A stretch of DNA of 64,000 nucleotides from Bacteroidota bacterium (GTDB taxonomy: Bacteria > Bacteroidota > Bacteroidia > B-17B0 > Aurantibacillaceae), in NCBI GenBank assembly GCA_020162035.1, contig JAIUNM010000002.1:126533-190532 (forward strand), in the 5' to 3' direction. This document shows, one piece after another, positions 19,287 through 30,235 of the stretch (position 1 is the first letter of the stretch; each line of letters starts with the position of its first letter). The notes under the pieces are model-generated. The model saw only the letters and a program-made list of their open reading frames with translations. It did no database searches and was not told the DNA's origin. The translations under genes and the position numbers were made by a program.

Positions 19287-20384
19287 TTAATTGCTCAATA
19301 TATTTTTATAAATATTAATCATTTGTTCTAAATTACTTTGCCAACTGTAATTTTTAAGAACATGTTCTCTAGCTAGTTTTCCTTGTTGGTTTGCTGTGTT
19401 TGAATTTAAATAATATTCGATTGCATTAACTAGTTCTGTTGTGTTTTGTTTAGGAATTACTTTTGCATACTTACCATTATCTACAACCTCTAACAAGCCT
19501 TTAACATCTGTAACAATTATTGATTTTTCGCAAGCCATTGCTTCAACTACTGCCACTCCAAAACTTTCGCTATCATCAATAGAAACATTTAAAAAAACAT
19601 CTAGTAAATTATGATAATATTGGACTTCTGAAAATGGGATTCTACCGGTTATAATAAAAGAGTTAGTTAAATTTTTATCATTAATAATATTTTCATAAAA
19701 TGATAAATTATTTCCTGGACCAATTAAATAAAATTTTATGTTTTTTAAAGGGTATTTTTTAATAAGTATTTCTGCTGCTTCAATAATATATATAATTCCA
19801 TATTTTTCTTCTATTGGTTTTATTGTTCCAATATAAAATTCATCTTTAGGTTTATTTTCTATAATTTGGGGCTTAAACACTTCGGTATTTACGCCAAAAG
19901 GAGTTACAATAATTTCTTTTTTTGTATACAACTTAATTTCATCTTTCATTACATTACTTGTTGAAAGAATAACATTTGCTTTTTTTAAATTATATTGAAA
20001 AAGTTTCTTATGTAGTTTACTTTTTTTAGGGAAATTATAAACATCGCTTCCCCAAACCGACAATATAAAAGGCTTAAATCCACTTAATGCGCCTATTAAA
20101 CCGTAACTTGTTGCATAATGTGCATGTAAAATATCTGGTTTAAATTGTTTAATAATTTTTTTTAATACACCAACATATTTTATATAAGATACTTTAGTTA
20201 AAAAATTATCTGCATCAATTTTTTTAGAGGGTTCAAAATATACAGTAATATTTTTATGATTATGCCACTCGTAATTTGCTTTATTAAAACTGAATAAGCC
20301 AACTTCAATGCCACTATTTGCCAAACCTAAAGCCCATTTTTCGGTGTGCTCACTAAAAGTATCTGATAACAGCAATATTTTCAT
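19287..20384 (-). CDS. Glycosyltransferase family 4
   Basis: PDILHAHYATSYG, SVWGSDV, ESFGVAVVEAMAC. Confidence 0.95.
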   Translation of the reverse strand: MKILLLSDTFSEHTEKWALGLANSGIEVGLFSFNKANYEWHNHKNITVYFEPSKKIDADNFLTKVSYIKYVGVLKKIIKQFKPDILHAHYATSYGLIGALSGFKPFILSVWGSDVYNFPKKSKLHKKLFQYNLKKANVILSTSNVMKDEIKLYTKKEIIVTPFGVNTEVFKPQIIENKPKDEFYIGTIKPIEEKYGIIYIIEAAEILIKKYPLKNIKFYLIGPGNNLSFYENIINDKNLTNSFIITGRIPFSEVQYYHNLLDVFLNVSIDDSESFGVAVVEAMACEKSIIVTDVKGLLEVVDNGKYAKVIPKQNTTELVNAIEYYLNSNTANQQGKLAREHVLKNYSWQSNLEQMINIYKNILSN

Positions 20385-21142
20385 TTACGAGGTAAAATTT
20401 GATGTTTAAATAATCTTAAATAAGAAAACCATGTGAGGAAATGATACCACTTTCTTCCATATTTTTCGCTAATTAGAAGTTGATCTTTAATAAAATTAGT
20501 TGTTAAACTTCCTGTTTTTGAAACAGAATGCTGTCTAAAATTTGCTACCTTAAAATTACAGGCGTAAACTTTTGCATTATTTTTCAAACAACGTAAAACG
20601 TATTCATAATCAAAACAACAATTGTAATTTTTTAATAAACCAATGCCATTAGTAAATGATTTTTTAAAAAAAGAACCTTGTTGAAATATTCCAGGCACTT
20701 TAGTTACCAAGGTTTTATAGCTAATTAAACGAGTTGGGAAATTTTGCATAAAATTGCCTTCAGCATCAATATAATCAATTGAACCATAAATATAATCAAT
20801 ACTTATATCGTTTTTTAAAATTTTAACTAATTCATAAAACCCTTCTACATCTAAAGTATCATCGGTGTTTAACCATGTCCAATAATCTCCTGTACATTGT
20901 TCAATTCCTTTATTTATAGCATCAAATTGCCCTTTATCTTTTTCAATTTTAACTACATCTATTTTTGATTTATATTTTTCAATAATTTGTTGTACCTTAT
21001 TATTAGAGACAGCATCAAAAAGTAGTATTTCAATTTCAACTTGATTGATTCCAGCTAAATTTTTTATAGCAATACAATTCTTTAAAGTTTCCTCAATATA
21101 GGCATCTTGATTATAAGAAGGTATGATGATTGAAAGTTTCAA
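20381..21142 (-). CDS. Glycosyltransferase family 2 (WcaE-like)
   Basis: KLSIIIPSYNQ, GQFDAINKG, WLNTDD, DYEYVLR. Confidence 0.93.
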   Translation of the reverse strand: MKLSIIIPSYNQDAYIEETLKNCIAIKNLAGINQVEIEILLFDAVSNNKVQQIIEKYKSKIDVVKIEKDKGQFDAINKGIEQCTGDYWTWLNTDDTLDVEGFYELVKILKNDISIDYIYGSIDYIDAEGNFMQNFPTRLISYKTLVTKVPGIFQQGSFFKKSFTNGIGLLKNYNCCFDYEYVLRCLKNNAKVYACNFKVANFRQHSVSKTGSLTTNFIKDQLLISEKYGRKWYHFLTWFSYLRLFKHQILPRK

Positions 21143-21157
21143 AATATAGCTTTAAAA

Positions 21158-21880
21158 TTAATAAAAAAACTGGTTTTTACCTATTAATCTATTAAATACG
21201 CGTTCAAAATTTCTTAAAATTACCTTTATTTTATTTCTTTTTAAAATAATACTATTTGAACCAGAAATGCCACTTAATAAAGGCGTAAAAAGGTGTACTT
21301 TAGATTTAATTTTAGAATTTTTTGCATTTGAAAATAAAATTTGTTCGATATAAATGCCTTGTATATCGTTTACTAACTTATAAGCATCAAAAATGTTTGA
21401 ATTATATGAATTATAATCAAAAGCCAATAAATAAACTTCAGCTGCTTTTGTTTTAGATCTTAAATCAATATAGTATCCATTTTTATAATTTTTTGTTATT
21501 TTAAAAATGTTTTTAATAATATATCTACCTGTAATTTTAATATAAAAATTATAATTGTTTTTTAATAATTCTACTGTTTTTTGTAACATTTCAAATTCCT
21601 GGTATCCTTTGCCTCTGTTAAATTCATTAGATTTTGGAAAACGAATAACTTTGAAATTAAATTTATTCTTAAGCTCAATAAATAAATTATTATTGTCTAA
21701 ATCGTACTCGCTATTTTCTATAAAATAAACATCGTCGTTTTTAAAAACATTACAATAAAATTTTAACGCAGTAATATAATCATTTAACCTATCCTCAGGG
21801 TTTACATGCGAAGTATAAATACTGTTTGGTATTATTGTAGCTGTTAAAATAATAGCTCGTTTATTTAGTATATTTGTCAT
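21158..21880 (-). CDS. Hypothetical polysaccharide-locus protein
   Basis: 240 aa, first gene of the glycosyltransferase operon; ILTATI, FIENSEY, GKGYQE, IKITGRY. Confidence 0.7.
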   Translation of the reverse strand: MTNILNKRAIILTATIIPNSIYTSHVNPEDRLNDYITALKFYCNVFKNDDVYFIENSEYDLDNNNLFIELKNKFNFKVIRFPKSNEFNRGKGYQEFEMLQKTVELLKNNYNFYIKITGRYIIKNIFKITKNYKNGYYIDLRSKTKAAEVYLLAFDYNSYNSNIFDAYKLVNDIQGIYIEQILFSNAKNSKIKSKVHLFTPLLSGISGSNSIILKRNKIKVILRNFERVFNRLIGKNQFFY

Positions 21881-21915
21881 GCAAACATCTAAATATATAT
21901 TAATATTTAAAATAA

Positions 21916-23052
21916 TTGAATTTTAAATTTGCATATTTATCAACTGAAAATCCAAACAACAAACGCGTTTGGAGTGGCACACATTATAGTATTTTAAAAC
22001 ACTTAAAAACAATTGGTACTGTTGATATACTTGGCCCTTATGAACCAAAATGTGAAATTTTATTTAAAAGAATTTTAAACCAAATAACATTTAAGTTATT
22101 TAACAAAAGAATAGCATATAGGCATAGTACTTTAGTTGCTAAAAATTTTGGAAAATACTTTACTGAAAAACTAAAAAATAAAACCTATGATTTTATAATT
22201 GCACCTGCTGCATCAGGAGAAATTGCATATTTAAAAACTAAAATACCAATAATATATATAACAGATGGCACATTTAATGGTTGTTTAAACTATCATAAAA
22301 ATTTAAGTTTATTAACTAATACTTCGCAACAAGAAGGCGAGTTAATTGAACAGTTAGCAATTAATAAAAGTAACTTAATAATTGCAAGTAGTGAATGGTG
22401 CGCTAACTCAATAATTAATCATTATAATAAAGATAAAAATCAAGTTGTAACTTTGCCTTATGGAGCAAATTTGGAAAATATTCCAAATTCAATTTCTCCT
22501 AAAAAATTAAATAAAAATGATGTTTTTAAACTTTTATTTGTAGGCGTATATTGGGAAAATAAAGGTGGGCCAATAGTTATTAATGCTTTAAATAAATTAA
22601 TTTCTGAAAATTATAAGGTTGAATTAACCATAGTTGGTTGTGAACCAAATTTAATTTTACCAAGTGGGGTAACTGTTATTCCATTTCTTGATAAAAATAA
22701 CAATGATGGTCAACTTAAAATGATGGAAATTTTTAAATCTCATCATGCATTAATTTTACCAACACGATTTGATTGTTCGCCAATTGTTATAAATGAAGCA
22801 AGTGCATTTGCAATGCCAAGTTTAGTAAGTAATACTGGAGGTGTAAATGGACATTTAACAAATAATGTAAATGGTTTTTTAGTGGATTATGATGACGATG
22901 GTAGTGGTTATGCAAAATTAATTTCTGGTTGGATTAATAATCCAATTTCATATTCAAATATTAGTGAAAGTACTTTAAAACAATATCAAAATTTTAATAA
23001 TTGGGATAAATGGATTAGTGAATTAAAAAAAATATTATTAAATTTAAAATAA
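21916..23052 (+). CDS. Glycosyltransferase family 4
   Basis: WSGTHY, LLFVGVYWENKGG, LILPTRFDCSPIVINEASAFAMP. Confidence 0.92.
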   Translation: MNFKFAYLSTENPNNKRVWSGTHYSILKHLKTIGTVDILGPYEPKCEILFKRILNQITFKLFNKRIAYRHSTLVAKNFGKYFTEKLKNKTYDFIIAPAASGEIAYLKTKIPIIYITDGTFNGCLNYHKNLSLLTNTSQQEGELIEQLAINKSNLIIASSEWCANSIINHYNKDKNQVVTLPYGANLENIPNSISPKKLNKNDVFKLLFVGVYWENKGGPIVINALNKLISENYKVELTIVGCEPNLILPSGVTVIPFLDKNNNDGQLKMMEIFKSHHALILPTRFDCSPIVINEASAFAMPSLVSNTGGVNGHLTNNVNGFLVDYDDDGSGYAKLISGWINNPISYSNISESTLKQYQNFNNWDKWISELKKILLNLK

Positions 23053-25142
23053 TGAAAATAAATATTTTAATAATTCTGTTTTTTATTTGCAATGTAGGAT
23101 TTGGTCAAATATCTCAAAGTAACAACGCTTTTAGACAATATTTATCTAAAAGCAATTCGATAGAAAATTTTGTTGTAAAAGGGAATTTAGAAAAATTAAA
23201 ATCACAACAAAAAAATGAGAATTACACATTTTTATATGGCTATAATTCAATTGCAGTTATTAAATGTAGTTTTAGTACAATAACCAATTTATTAAATAAA
23301 AAAATAATAAATTATGTTGAATTTATACCCGCAAACAATAAACCAATGAATGATACTATGCTGGTTAAAAATAAAATTTTACCAGTAAAGCAAGGGCAAT
23401 CGCCCCTGCTTGCAGCGTATAACGGTAGTGGAGTTGTTATTGGAATTATTGATACTGGCTGCGATTTTAATCACCCAGATTTTAAAACATCAAGTGGTAA
23501 TACAAGAATAAACTATTTATGGGATCAAACTATTACAAGTGCAACAACGTCGCCCCTACCCTATGGTTACGGACAAGAATGGACATCTGCTCAAATTAAT
23601 GCCAGCTTATGTACGCATAGCGATTTAGCACACTATGGACATGGTACACATGTAACTGGAATTGCTGCAGGAAATGGTTTAGCAAATGGAACGCATTATG
23701 GAATTAGTTCTGAAGCAGATATTATTGTAGTTGCTCTTGATTTTAATAAAAATGGAACTATAATTGCTGATGCGGCAAATTACATTTTTAATAAAGCAGC
23801 ATTATTAGGTAAACCATGCGTTATAAATGCAAGCGTTGGTAATTATTATGGTAGCCACGATGGAACAGATTTAGAAGCTCAATTAATTGATAATATGATT
23901 GGGCCAACAAAACCTGGCAAAGTTATTGTTGCGGCTGCAGGTAATGCAGGCAATATTAAATATCACACCAAAACAACAGTAAATGGTATTGACACTAATT
24001 TCACATGGATTCAAAACAGTTCATCGTCTCTAAACTATTGGTTGCACGCAGATACTTTACAAATAAAAAATGTGTTTATAAATGTAGGGGTAAACAGATT
24101 AAACTATTCAAACATTGGTAATACAGGATTTAAACCCTACAATTACGCATTAAATACTCAAAAAATTGATACAATTAAAAATTCAAGTAATGATAGAATT
24201 GGTATTGTTAAAAGTTTTGCATCAATAAATACATTTGGGGTTTACGAGCTTTCACTCGAAATTACAGCAGATACTTTAAATCAATTTTGGAGAATAGATA
24301 GTAAAGGGGTTGGGCAACACAATTCATGGAATTTTGATTTTGTATCAAGTGGTTTGCCTACAAATACAGTATATCCTAAAATAAATTATTATGTAATGCC
24401 AGATACATTTCAAACAATTGTTAGTGGTTTTCAATGTTTAGATAATGTTATTACAGTTGGCAATTATAATAATTTGAAATATTATTATGATGTTAACAAC
24501 ACGCTTCAAACAAGTGCAGAAACAGCTAATGCTTTAGCCGCTAATAGTAGTGTTGGGCCAACACGAAATAATAAAATTAAGCCTGATGTTTCTGCAACAG
24601 GTAACAATGTTTTTAGTGCAATTGCATTAGGAATGCAAAATAATTTAATAACTACAGCTCCACAAGTTGTTGCTCAAGGAAGTTTTCATGTAATTGGCGG
24701 AGGAACATCAGCAGCCTCTCCTGTAGTTGCAGGTTTAGTTGGTTTAATTTTGGATAAAGATGGGACTTTAACTGCACCTTTAGTTAAAAGTGCTATAATT
24801 AATTGTACTTATACCGATAATTTTACAGGTGCAGTACCTAATAATTCGTGGGGATATGGAAAATTAGATGGTAAAGCTGCTTTTTTGTGTTCAAATGTAG
24901 TTACTTCATTAAATAATAAATCAGTTAAAAACGTAACAATTTTCCCGAATCCATTTTTTAAAGAGATTAGTATAAAAGGTTTAAATGAGTTTAGCACAAT
25001 AATTTTATATGATTTATTAGGTAATAAACTTTTTGAAACAAGTACAAATTTAGAAACATATACATTAACAAATTTAAATATAACATCGGGTGTGTATTTT
25101 TTAAAAATTAATTCTGAAACTTTTAAATTAATTAAAAATTAA
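23052..25142 (+). CDS. S8 (subtilisin-like) serine peptidase, T9SS cargo
   Basis: Catalytic triad IIDTG / HGTHV / GTSAASP, signal peptide ending in Q, C-terminal CTD (IFPNPF...SGVYFLKI). Confidence 0.93.
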   Translation: MKINILIILFFICNVGFGQISQSNNAFRQYLSKSNSIENFVVKGNLEKLKSQQKNENYTFLYGYNSIAVIKCSFSTITNLLNKKIINYVEFIPANNKPMNDTMLVKNKILPVKQGQSPLLAAYNGSGVVIGIIDTGCDFNHPDFKTSSGNTRINYLWDQTITSATTSPLPYGYGQEWTSAQINASLCTHSDLAHYGHGTHVTGIAAGNGLANGTHYGISSEADIIVVALDFNKNGTIIADAANYIFNKAALLGKPCVINASVGNYYGSHDGTDLEAQLIDNMIGPTKPGKVIVAAAGNAGNIKYHTKTTVNGIDTNFTWIQNSSSSLNYWLHADTLQIKNVFINVGVNRLNYSNIGNTGFKPYNYALNTQKIDTIKNSSNDRIGIVKSFASINTFGVYELSLEITADTLNQFWRIDSKGVGQHNSWNFDFVSSGLPTNTVYPKINYYVMPDTFQTIVSGFQCLDNVITVGNYNNLKYYYDVNNTLQTSAETANALAANSSVGPTRNNKIKPDVSATGNNVFSAIALGMQNNLITTAPQVVAQGSFHVIGGGTSAASPVVAGLVGLILDKDGTLTAPLVKSAIINCTYTDNFTGAVPNNSWGYGKLDGKAAFLCSNVVTSLNNKSVKNVTIFPNPFFKEISIKGLNEFSTIILYDLLGNKLFETSTNLETYTLTNLNITSGVYFLKINSETFKLIKN

Positions 25143-25143
25143 A

Positions 25144-26004
25144 ATGCAAATTTCAGACAACACCTTAAATTCATTGCATTTGTTTTATCAAAACCAATTA
25201 AAAGATGTATATGAATTTGATGAAGTAAAATCTATTTTTATTACAGCTTGCGAACATTTTTTGAAAAAAGACAGGCAAAAATTTCAAAATAATTTTAATT
25301 TAAAAATTAATCAAAGTGAACTAATTAGTATTTATAATTTAATTCCTGAACTTAAAAAATGTACACCAATTCAATATTTATTAAATAACACAAGCTTTTA
25401 TAATTTAAATTTTTATGTAAATAATAGTGTTTTAATACCAAGGCCAGAAACAGAAGAACTAGTTGATTTAATAATTAAAGAAAATAACTCAAATAAAACA
25501 ATATTAGATGTTGGAACAGGAAGCGGTTGTATTATTTTATCATTAAAAAATAATATTAATCCATCAATTTGTAGTGCTGTTGATGTTAGTACTGAAGCAT
25601 TATCAATAGCCAAACTAAATTCTAAAAATTTGAATTTAGAAGTTGAATTTATTGAAGCAGATATTTTAACTACTACTAAATTTAATAAAGTTTATGACAT
25701 AATTGTTAGCAACCCTCCATACATAAAACAAACTGAAAAAGAAAATATTCATAAAAATGTTTTGAATAATGAACCGCACGTTGCCTTGTTTGTGTATGAA
25801 AATGATGAAATTATTTTTTATAAAAAAATAATTGATTTGTGTGAATTAAATTTAAAATCAAACGGTATACTGTACTTTGAATTAAACCCACTAACCGCTA
25901 ATGATGTTTTAAATTATGCTAAAAAAAGTAATTTATTTAAAACAACAGAATTAATTAAAGACATGAGCGGGAAATATAGATTTTTTAGGGGTTTAAAATA
26001 TTAA
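25144..26004 (+). CDS. prmC: Release factor glutamine methyltransferase PrmC/HemK
   Basis: PIQYLL, VLIPRPETEELV, LDVGTGSGCI, SNPPYI, KDMSGKYRF. Confidence 0.96.
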   Translation: MQISDNTLNSLHLFYQNQLKDVYEFDEVKSIFITACEHFLKKDRQKFQNNFNLKINQSELISIYNLIPELKKCTPIQYLLNNTSFYNLNFYVNNSVLIPRPETEELVDLIIKENNSNKTILDVGTGSGCIILSLKNNINPSICSAVDVSTEALSIAKLNSKNLNLEVEFIEADILTTTKFNKVYDIIVSNPPYIKQTEKENIHKNVLNNEPHVALFVYENDEIIFYKKIIDLCELNLKSNGILYFELNPLTANDVLNYAKKSNLFKTTELIKDMSGKYRFFRGLKY

Positions 26005-26010
26005 TGCAAT

Positions 26011-27987
26011 CTACACTCTAAAACCAATTACACAAACATCATCTACCTGTTCAAATTTACCCATCCAATTTTTATAATTGTTTGATATTAAATTTTCAGC
26101 GTCATTAATTGGCAATTGAGATGCAGCAACAACTACTTCTTTAAATCGTTTGGTCATCATTTTTTTTCCATCACCTTTACCGCCACCAAACTGATCGGCA
26201 TAGCCATCTGTGCTTAAAACAATAAAATCATTTGGTTCTAGTTTAATCTCTTCTTGATTATAAACAGTGTTTAAAGGTGTGTGTCCTGCAATACAATTTT
26301 TAGTTGCCTTATATTCTATTAAAACCGAATTGCGCACTAACCATAAATTTCTATTTGCACCAGAATAATAAATAGTTTTAGTTTTTATATTGTATTTAAT
26401 TAATGTAATATCTAAGCCATCTTTTTGTTGCTTAATTGCATTTTTAATTTGGTTGTTAATATTAAATAAAATATCTTTTGGGTTAGTTAATTTATTTTCA
26501 AACAGAGATAAATTTAATTTATCTATGCTTACAATACTCATTAAACTGCCAGGCACACCATGTCCTGTACAATCAGCGCAAGCTAATAAAATTTCATCAG
26601 CGGATAATTGTTGAAACCAATAAAAATCTCCACTTACAACATCTTTGGGTAAATAATAAATAAAGCTATTTTCTAATACTTTATTTATTTCTTCGTGAGT
26701 TGGTAATAAAGCCGATTGAATGCCTTTTGCATATTTAATACTTTGATCAATCTCTAATTTTTTTTCTGAAATTATTTTATTTTTCTCTTCTAAAAGTTCG
26801 TTAGATTTTTGCTTGCTTTTGTTGCTTTTAAATAAAAAATATAATCCAATTAGAACAACTACCGCAAAAAAACCTAACCCATAAATAATAAATTTATTTA
26901 ACCTATTTTTACTTGATGTTATTTGATTTTGTAAAGACAATTCTTTAAGTGCTTTATCTTTTTTTTCTAAAACAAATTGATTTTCTTTATGTAAAATATT
27001 TTGATTAAAGGCGAGGTCTTTTAAAGTATCACTTAAGTTTTTAAAAGCAAATAAATAATTAAATGCATTTTCGTACATTTTATGATTTTTATAAATTTTA
27101 TATAGAGCTTGATATGTTTCTGCTCTTGCATTTACTGTTATAGGATCTTTCCAATAATTATTAAGTAAATTTAAAATTATTGGGATTTTTTTTAGAGAAT
27201 CTTTATGATTTAGAGTTACTAGATAACCACTATACACTGCCGTATAGCTGTATGCATCTAAAATCTTTTTTTGGTTTAAAATATTTATTGCTTTGTATAT
27301 ATACTTTCTCGAAGAATCAATTTGATTTTTATCAGAAAAAAAACCAGACATGTTTATGTATACACCTAATCTATTTTCTTTAAATTTTGTAGTTTCTACA
27401 AAATTTAATACTTTAAAATAATACATTTGACTAGAGTCTAATCCATTTTTATATACTTTAAATTGATCTTTATAGTAACTAGCTAATGCAGAATATAATT
27501 GGATAATACATCCTGTATCTTTTAATTCTTCAAAAATGTTAATTGCATTATAAAATAATTTAACTTGTGAGGTATCTTTTAACTGAAAACATTTAATCCA
27601 GCCCAGATTATATAAACTATTCCCTATAATTTGTTTGTCGTTTAACTTTACTCCAATTTGCTGGGCTTTTAAATAATATTCTGTAGCAAAATCAAATTGA
27701 TTGTTAAACCAATAGGCGTCGGCTAAACGCGAATATGCTTCGGCAATTAATTTAGTGTTAAGATTTTGTTTATTTACACTTAGAGTTTTATTAAACCAAA
27801 TTATAGAAGTATTAAGATCGCGACTAGCATAGTATTTTATGTTTTGAATATAAATTTTAATAGTGTCATTTGCATTTTTGGCTTTTTCTATACCTAAATT
27901 AGGGGTATATGTTTCTTTTGATAATTGAGAATGAACAACATCAATTGAAAAAAATAAAATTAAAATTAAAATTCTTAATTTATACAT
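26011..27987 (-). CDS. TPR-sensor, single-TM SpoIIE/PP2C-type phosphatase
   Basis: Signal peptide, TPR-like helices, TM segment, coiled coil, then PKDVVSGDFYW, ADCTGHGVPG, TDGYADQFGG, QVDDV. Confidence 0.9.
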   Translation of the reverse strand: MYKLRILILILFFSIDVVHSQLSKETYTPNLGIEKAKNANDTIKIYIQNIKYYASRDLNTSIIWFNKTLSVNKQNLNTKLIAEAYSRLADAYWFNNQFDFATEYYLKAQQIGVKLNDKQIIGNSLYNLGWIKCFQLKDTSQVKLFYNAINIFEELKDTGCIIQLYSALASYYKDQFKVYKNGLDSSQMYYFKVLNFVETTKFKENRLGVYINMSGFFSDKNQIDSSRKYIYKAINILNQKKILDAYSYTAVYSGYLVTLNHKDSLKKIPIILNLLNNYWKDPITVNARAETYQALYKIYKNHKMYENAFNYLFAFKNLSDTLKDLAFNQNILHKENQFVLEKKDKALKELSLQNQITSSKNRLNKFIIYGLGFFAVVVLIGLYFLFKSNKSKQKSNELLEEKNKIISEKKLEIDQSIKYAKGIQSALLPTHEEINKVLENSFIYYLPKDVVSGDFYWFQQLSADEILLACADCTGHGVPGSLMSIVSIDKLNLSLFENKLTNPKDILFNINNQIKNAIKQQKDGLDITLIKYNIKTKTIYYSGANRNLWLVRNSVLIEYKATKNCIAGHTPLNTVYNQEEIKLEPNDFIVLSTDGYADQFGGGKGDGKKMMTKRFKEVVVAASQLPINDAENLISNNYKNWMGKFEQVDDVCVIGFRV

Positions 27988-27991
27988 TAAA

Positions 27992-28315
27992 TTAACTAAT
28001 TACCCCCATCTCTTTTCCAACTTTAACAAATAAATCTTTAACTGCATCGGCTGTTTTAGTGTCGCCTGTTGCTCTTACATACGTTTCGGTTAAAGTCATT
28101 ATATTTTGATGATAAAATTTTTTCATCTCATCTACCATCATGTCTTTTGTCCATAAATCTATGCGTAAAGTATTATTTTCTTTAGCATCCCATAAAGCAA
28201 GCATTATGCTTTTACTTTCACTAGCTTCGCCACTATCAGGCGCTTCCCATTTAATTGTTGTTGGTAAGTGATTTTCATCAACAGTAACTGTAAATTTTAT
28301 TTCTGTAGTTTTCAT
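27992..28315 (-). CDS. gldC: Gliding motility protein GldC
   Basis: EIKFTVTVDEN, ALWDAKENNTLRIDLWTKDM.VDEMK.F.HQ. Confidence 0.9.
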   Translation of the reverse strand: MKTTEIKFTVTVDENHLPTTIKWEAPDSGEASESKSIMLALWDAKENNTLRIDLWTKDMMVDEMKKFYHQNIMTLTETYVRATGDTKTADAVKDLFVKVGKEMGVIS

Positions 28316-30195
28316 TAATGTTTTTTTAAGATAAACTCAACTCTTCTATTTTTAGCGTGCTCTTCTTCTGAGCAATTTTCTCCACAAGAGTTAAGAGGTT
28401 GACTTTCTCCTAAACCTTTAGTTGTAATATTAGATTCTAATACGCCATTTGATATTAGATATTTTTTCACTTCAGTTGCTCGTTCGTTACTTAATTTTAA
28501 GTTACTTGCATCAGATCCAATATTATCTGTATGCGCCTTAATTTCTATTTTAATTTTTATGTTTTGTTTCAATGTATAAACAACTTTGTTTAAAATTGCT
28601 TTTGCATCGTTTGTTAAAATTGATTTGTTTGTTTCAAACAAAATATTTTCTACTATTAGTGTATTTTCTTTTTTTACTTCTTTAACTGTAAATTCTAACC
28701 AAGGATCTTCAATCTCAATTTCTCTTAATTGTTGTAAATCACTCCCAAAAACTTTATAATTAAATTTTTTTCCTTTTTCGTGAGTTAAAACTTTTACTAA
28801 TTTTTTATCTTCTCCATACACCAATATGTTTTTATAAACATCTAACTCATTATCTTTATTTTCCATTGATAGGAAGAATTTTTTCAAAAATGGTAAGTAT
28901 TTAAATTTAAAAGTTCCAAAATTATCAGTTTCAACACTATCAATTACATCGTAATTATCGTTAAGCAATAAAACTTTTAACTTTCCAATTGGGTTATTAA
29001 TATTATCGCCATATAATGCAGCTTTTACATTCATTTTAATTTCTTGATTACTTAAAATTAAGTTATCAAACTTAGGGTTTTGATTTGCATGTATAGAAGT
29101 TGCATGGTAATTATTTAAAAACGTGTCTAAAACACTAACAAATTTATCTTCTCTATTTAATAAATCTATTCTACATTCTGGTGCACATTCGTTTGCTAAT
29201 ACAGAAATGTAATAAGTATTACCCGGTTTTATCTCGTCAAATACGAAAGCACCAAAAATATTTGTTTTTGCTTTTTTTATTGCGGTATTGTTCTTGTTTA
29301 ATAATATAACTGTTTTGTTGCTATAAAACTCTTTTTTATTGCTTGTTGTTTGTATTAATTTTCCGCCTATACAATAGCCAAAGTCATCATTCGATAATTT
29401 TGTTAATTGAGTAGAATCTAATTTCCAAACATGTTCACCATTATTAAATTCGCTTGTTAAACAGTAAGTTAATTCTTCATCAAGCAAATACAAATATTTA
29501 TTTTCTTTATCTGCCTTTGTTCTTAATTCATAACCTTTTTCTAATTTAATTTTTTCCATGTAAAACAAACCTGTTCTATTGGTAACAGCTTTTGCGAGTT
29601 GTTTATTGTTTTTAAATAATTGAATGTTTAAATTCTTAACACCTTCAACCTCAACTGTATTTTGCTTAATAACACCCGCAATTTTTACAATTTTATTAGG
29701 GATAATTATAACTGAATCTTTTTTTATTTCCGCAATTGGTTTTTTAAACATTTCTCTATAAAAATTGCCAGTGTAAGCCGTATCGCTTGTCATACTTCCC
29801 TTAGAGTCAAAATAAAGAACTTGAAAAGGTTTTTCGAATGTTAATTTATTTATATCTTCATCATATTTGTAAAAAAAAGGAACATCTATTTCTACTTTTA
29901 TGTTTGTTGTAACATCCGACACAATTGCCTCTTTTGCTTTAATTTCAAAAAACATAGGAATGCTTGCTGGCTCGTAAAATTTAACGATGTAATCTTTACC
30001 TGTTTCTAACTCTAGTTTAATTACTCCTTTAGAGTTTGTTTTAACTGTTTTAATAACATTATTGTTATAATAAACATTGGCCTCGGCTGTTTTTAATGTT
30101 GCATTATTTTTAGTACAATGGCATATTAAGCTTAATTGACCAAATAGGCAATAATTAAATAAAATTAAAAAAACGAATATAATCTGCTTTAACAT
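28315..30195 (-). CDS. OmpA-family protein with N-terminal Ig/carboxypeptidase-regulatory-like domains
   Basis: C-terminal ENILFETNKS...AHTD...NLKLSNERA...GLGESQP...NRRVEF. Repeated (TN)xxGxFxF motifs. Confidence 0.88.
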   Translation of the reverse strand: MLKQIIFVFLILFNYCLFGQLSLICHCTKNNATLKTAEANVYYNNNVIKTVKTNSKGVIKLELETGKDYIVKFYEPASIPMFFEIKAKEAIVSDVTTNIKVEIDVPFFYKYDEDINKLTFEKPFQVLYFDSKGSMTSDTAYTGNFYREMFKKPIAEIKKDSVIIIPNKIVKIAGVIKQNTVEVEGVKNLNIQLFKNNKQLAKAVTNRTGLFYMEKIKLEKGYELRTKADKENKYLYLLDEELTYCLTSEFNNGEHVWKLDSTQLTKLSNDDFGYCIGGKLIQTTSNKKEFYSNKTVILLNKNNTAIKKAKTNIFGAFVFDEIKPGNTYYISVLANECAPECRIDLLNREDKFVSVLDTFLNNYHATSIHANQNPKFDNLILSNQEIKMNVKAALYGDNINNPIGKLKVLLLNDNYDVIDSVETDNFGTFKFKYLPFLKKFFLSMENKDNELDVYKNILVYGEDKKLVKVLTHEKGKKFNYKVFGSDLQQLREIEIEDPWLEFTVKEVKKENTLIVENILFETNKSILTNDAKAILNKVVYTLKQNIKIKIEIKAHTDNIGSDASNLKLSNERATEVKKYLISNGVLESNITTKGLGESQPLNSCGENCSEEEHAKNRRVEFILKKH

Positions 30196-30235
30196 TTAAT
30201 TCACCTAAATTAATAACTTTAGGTCAAACTTTTAC

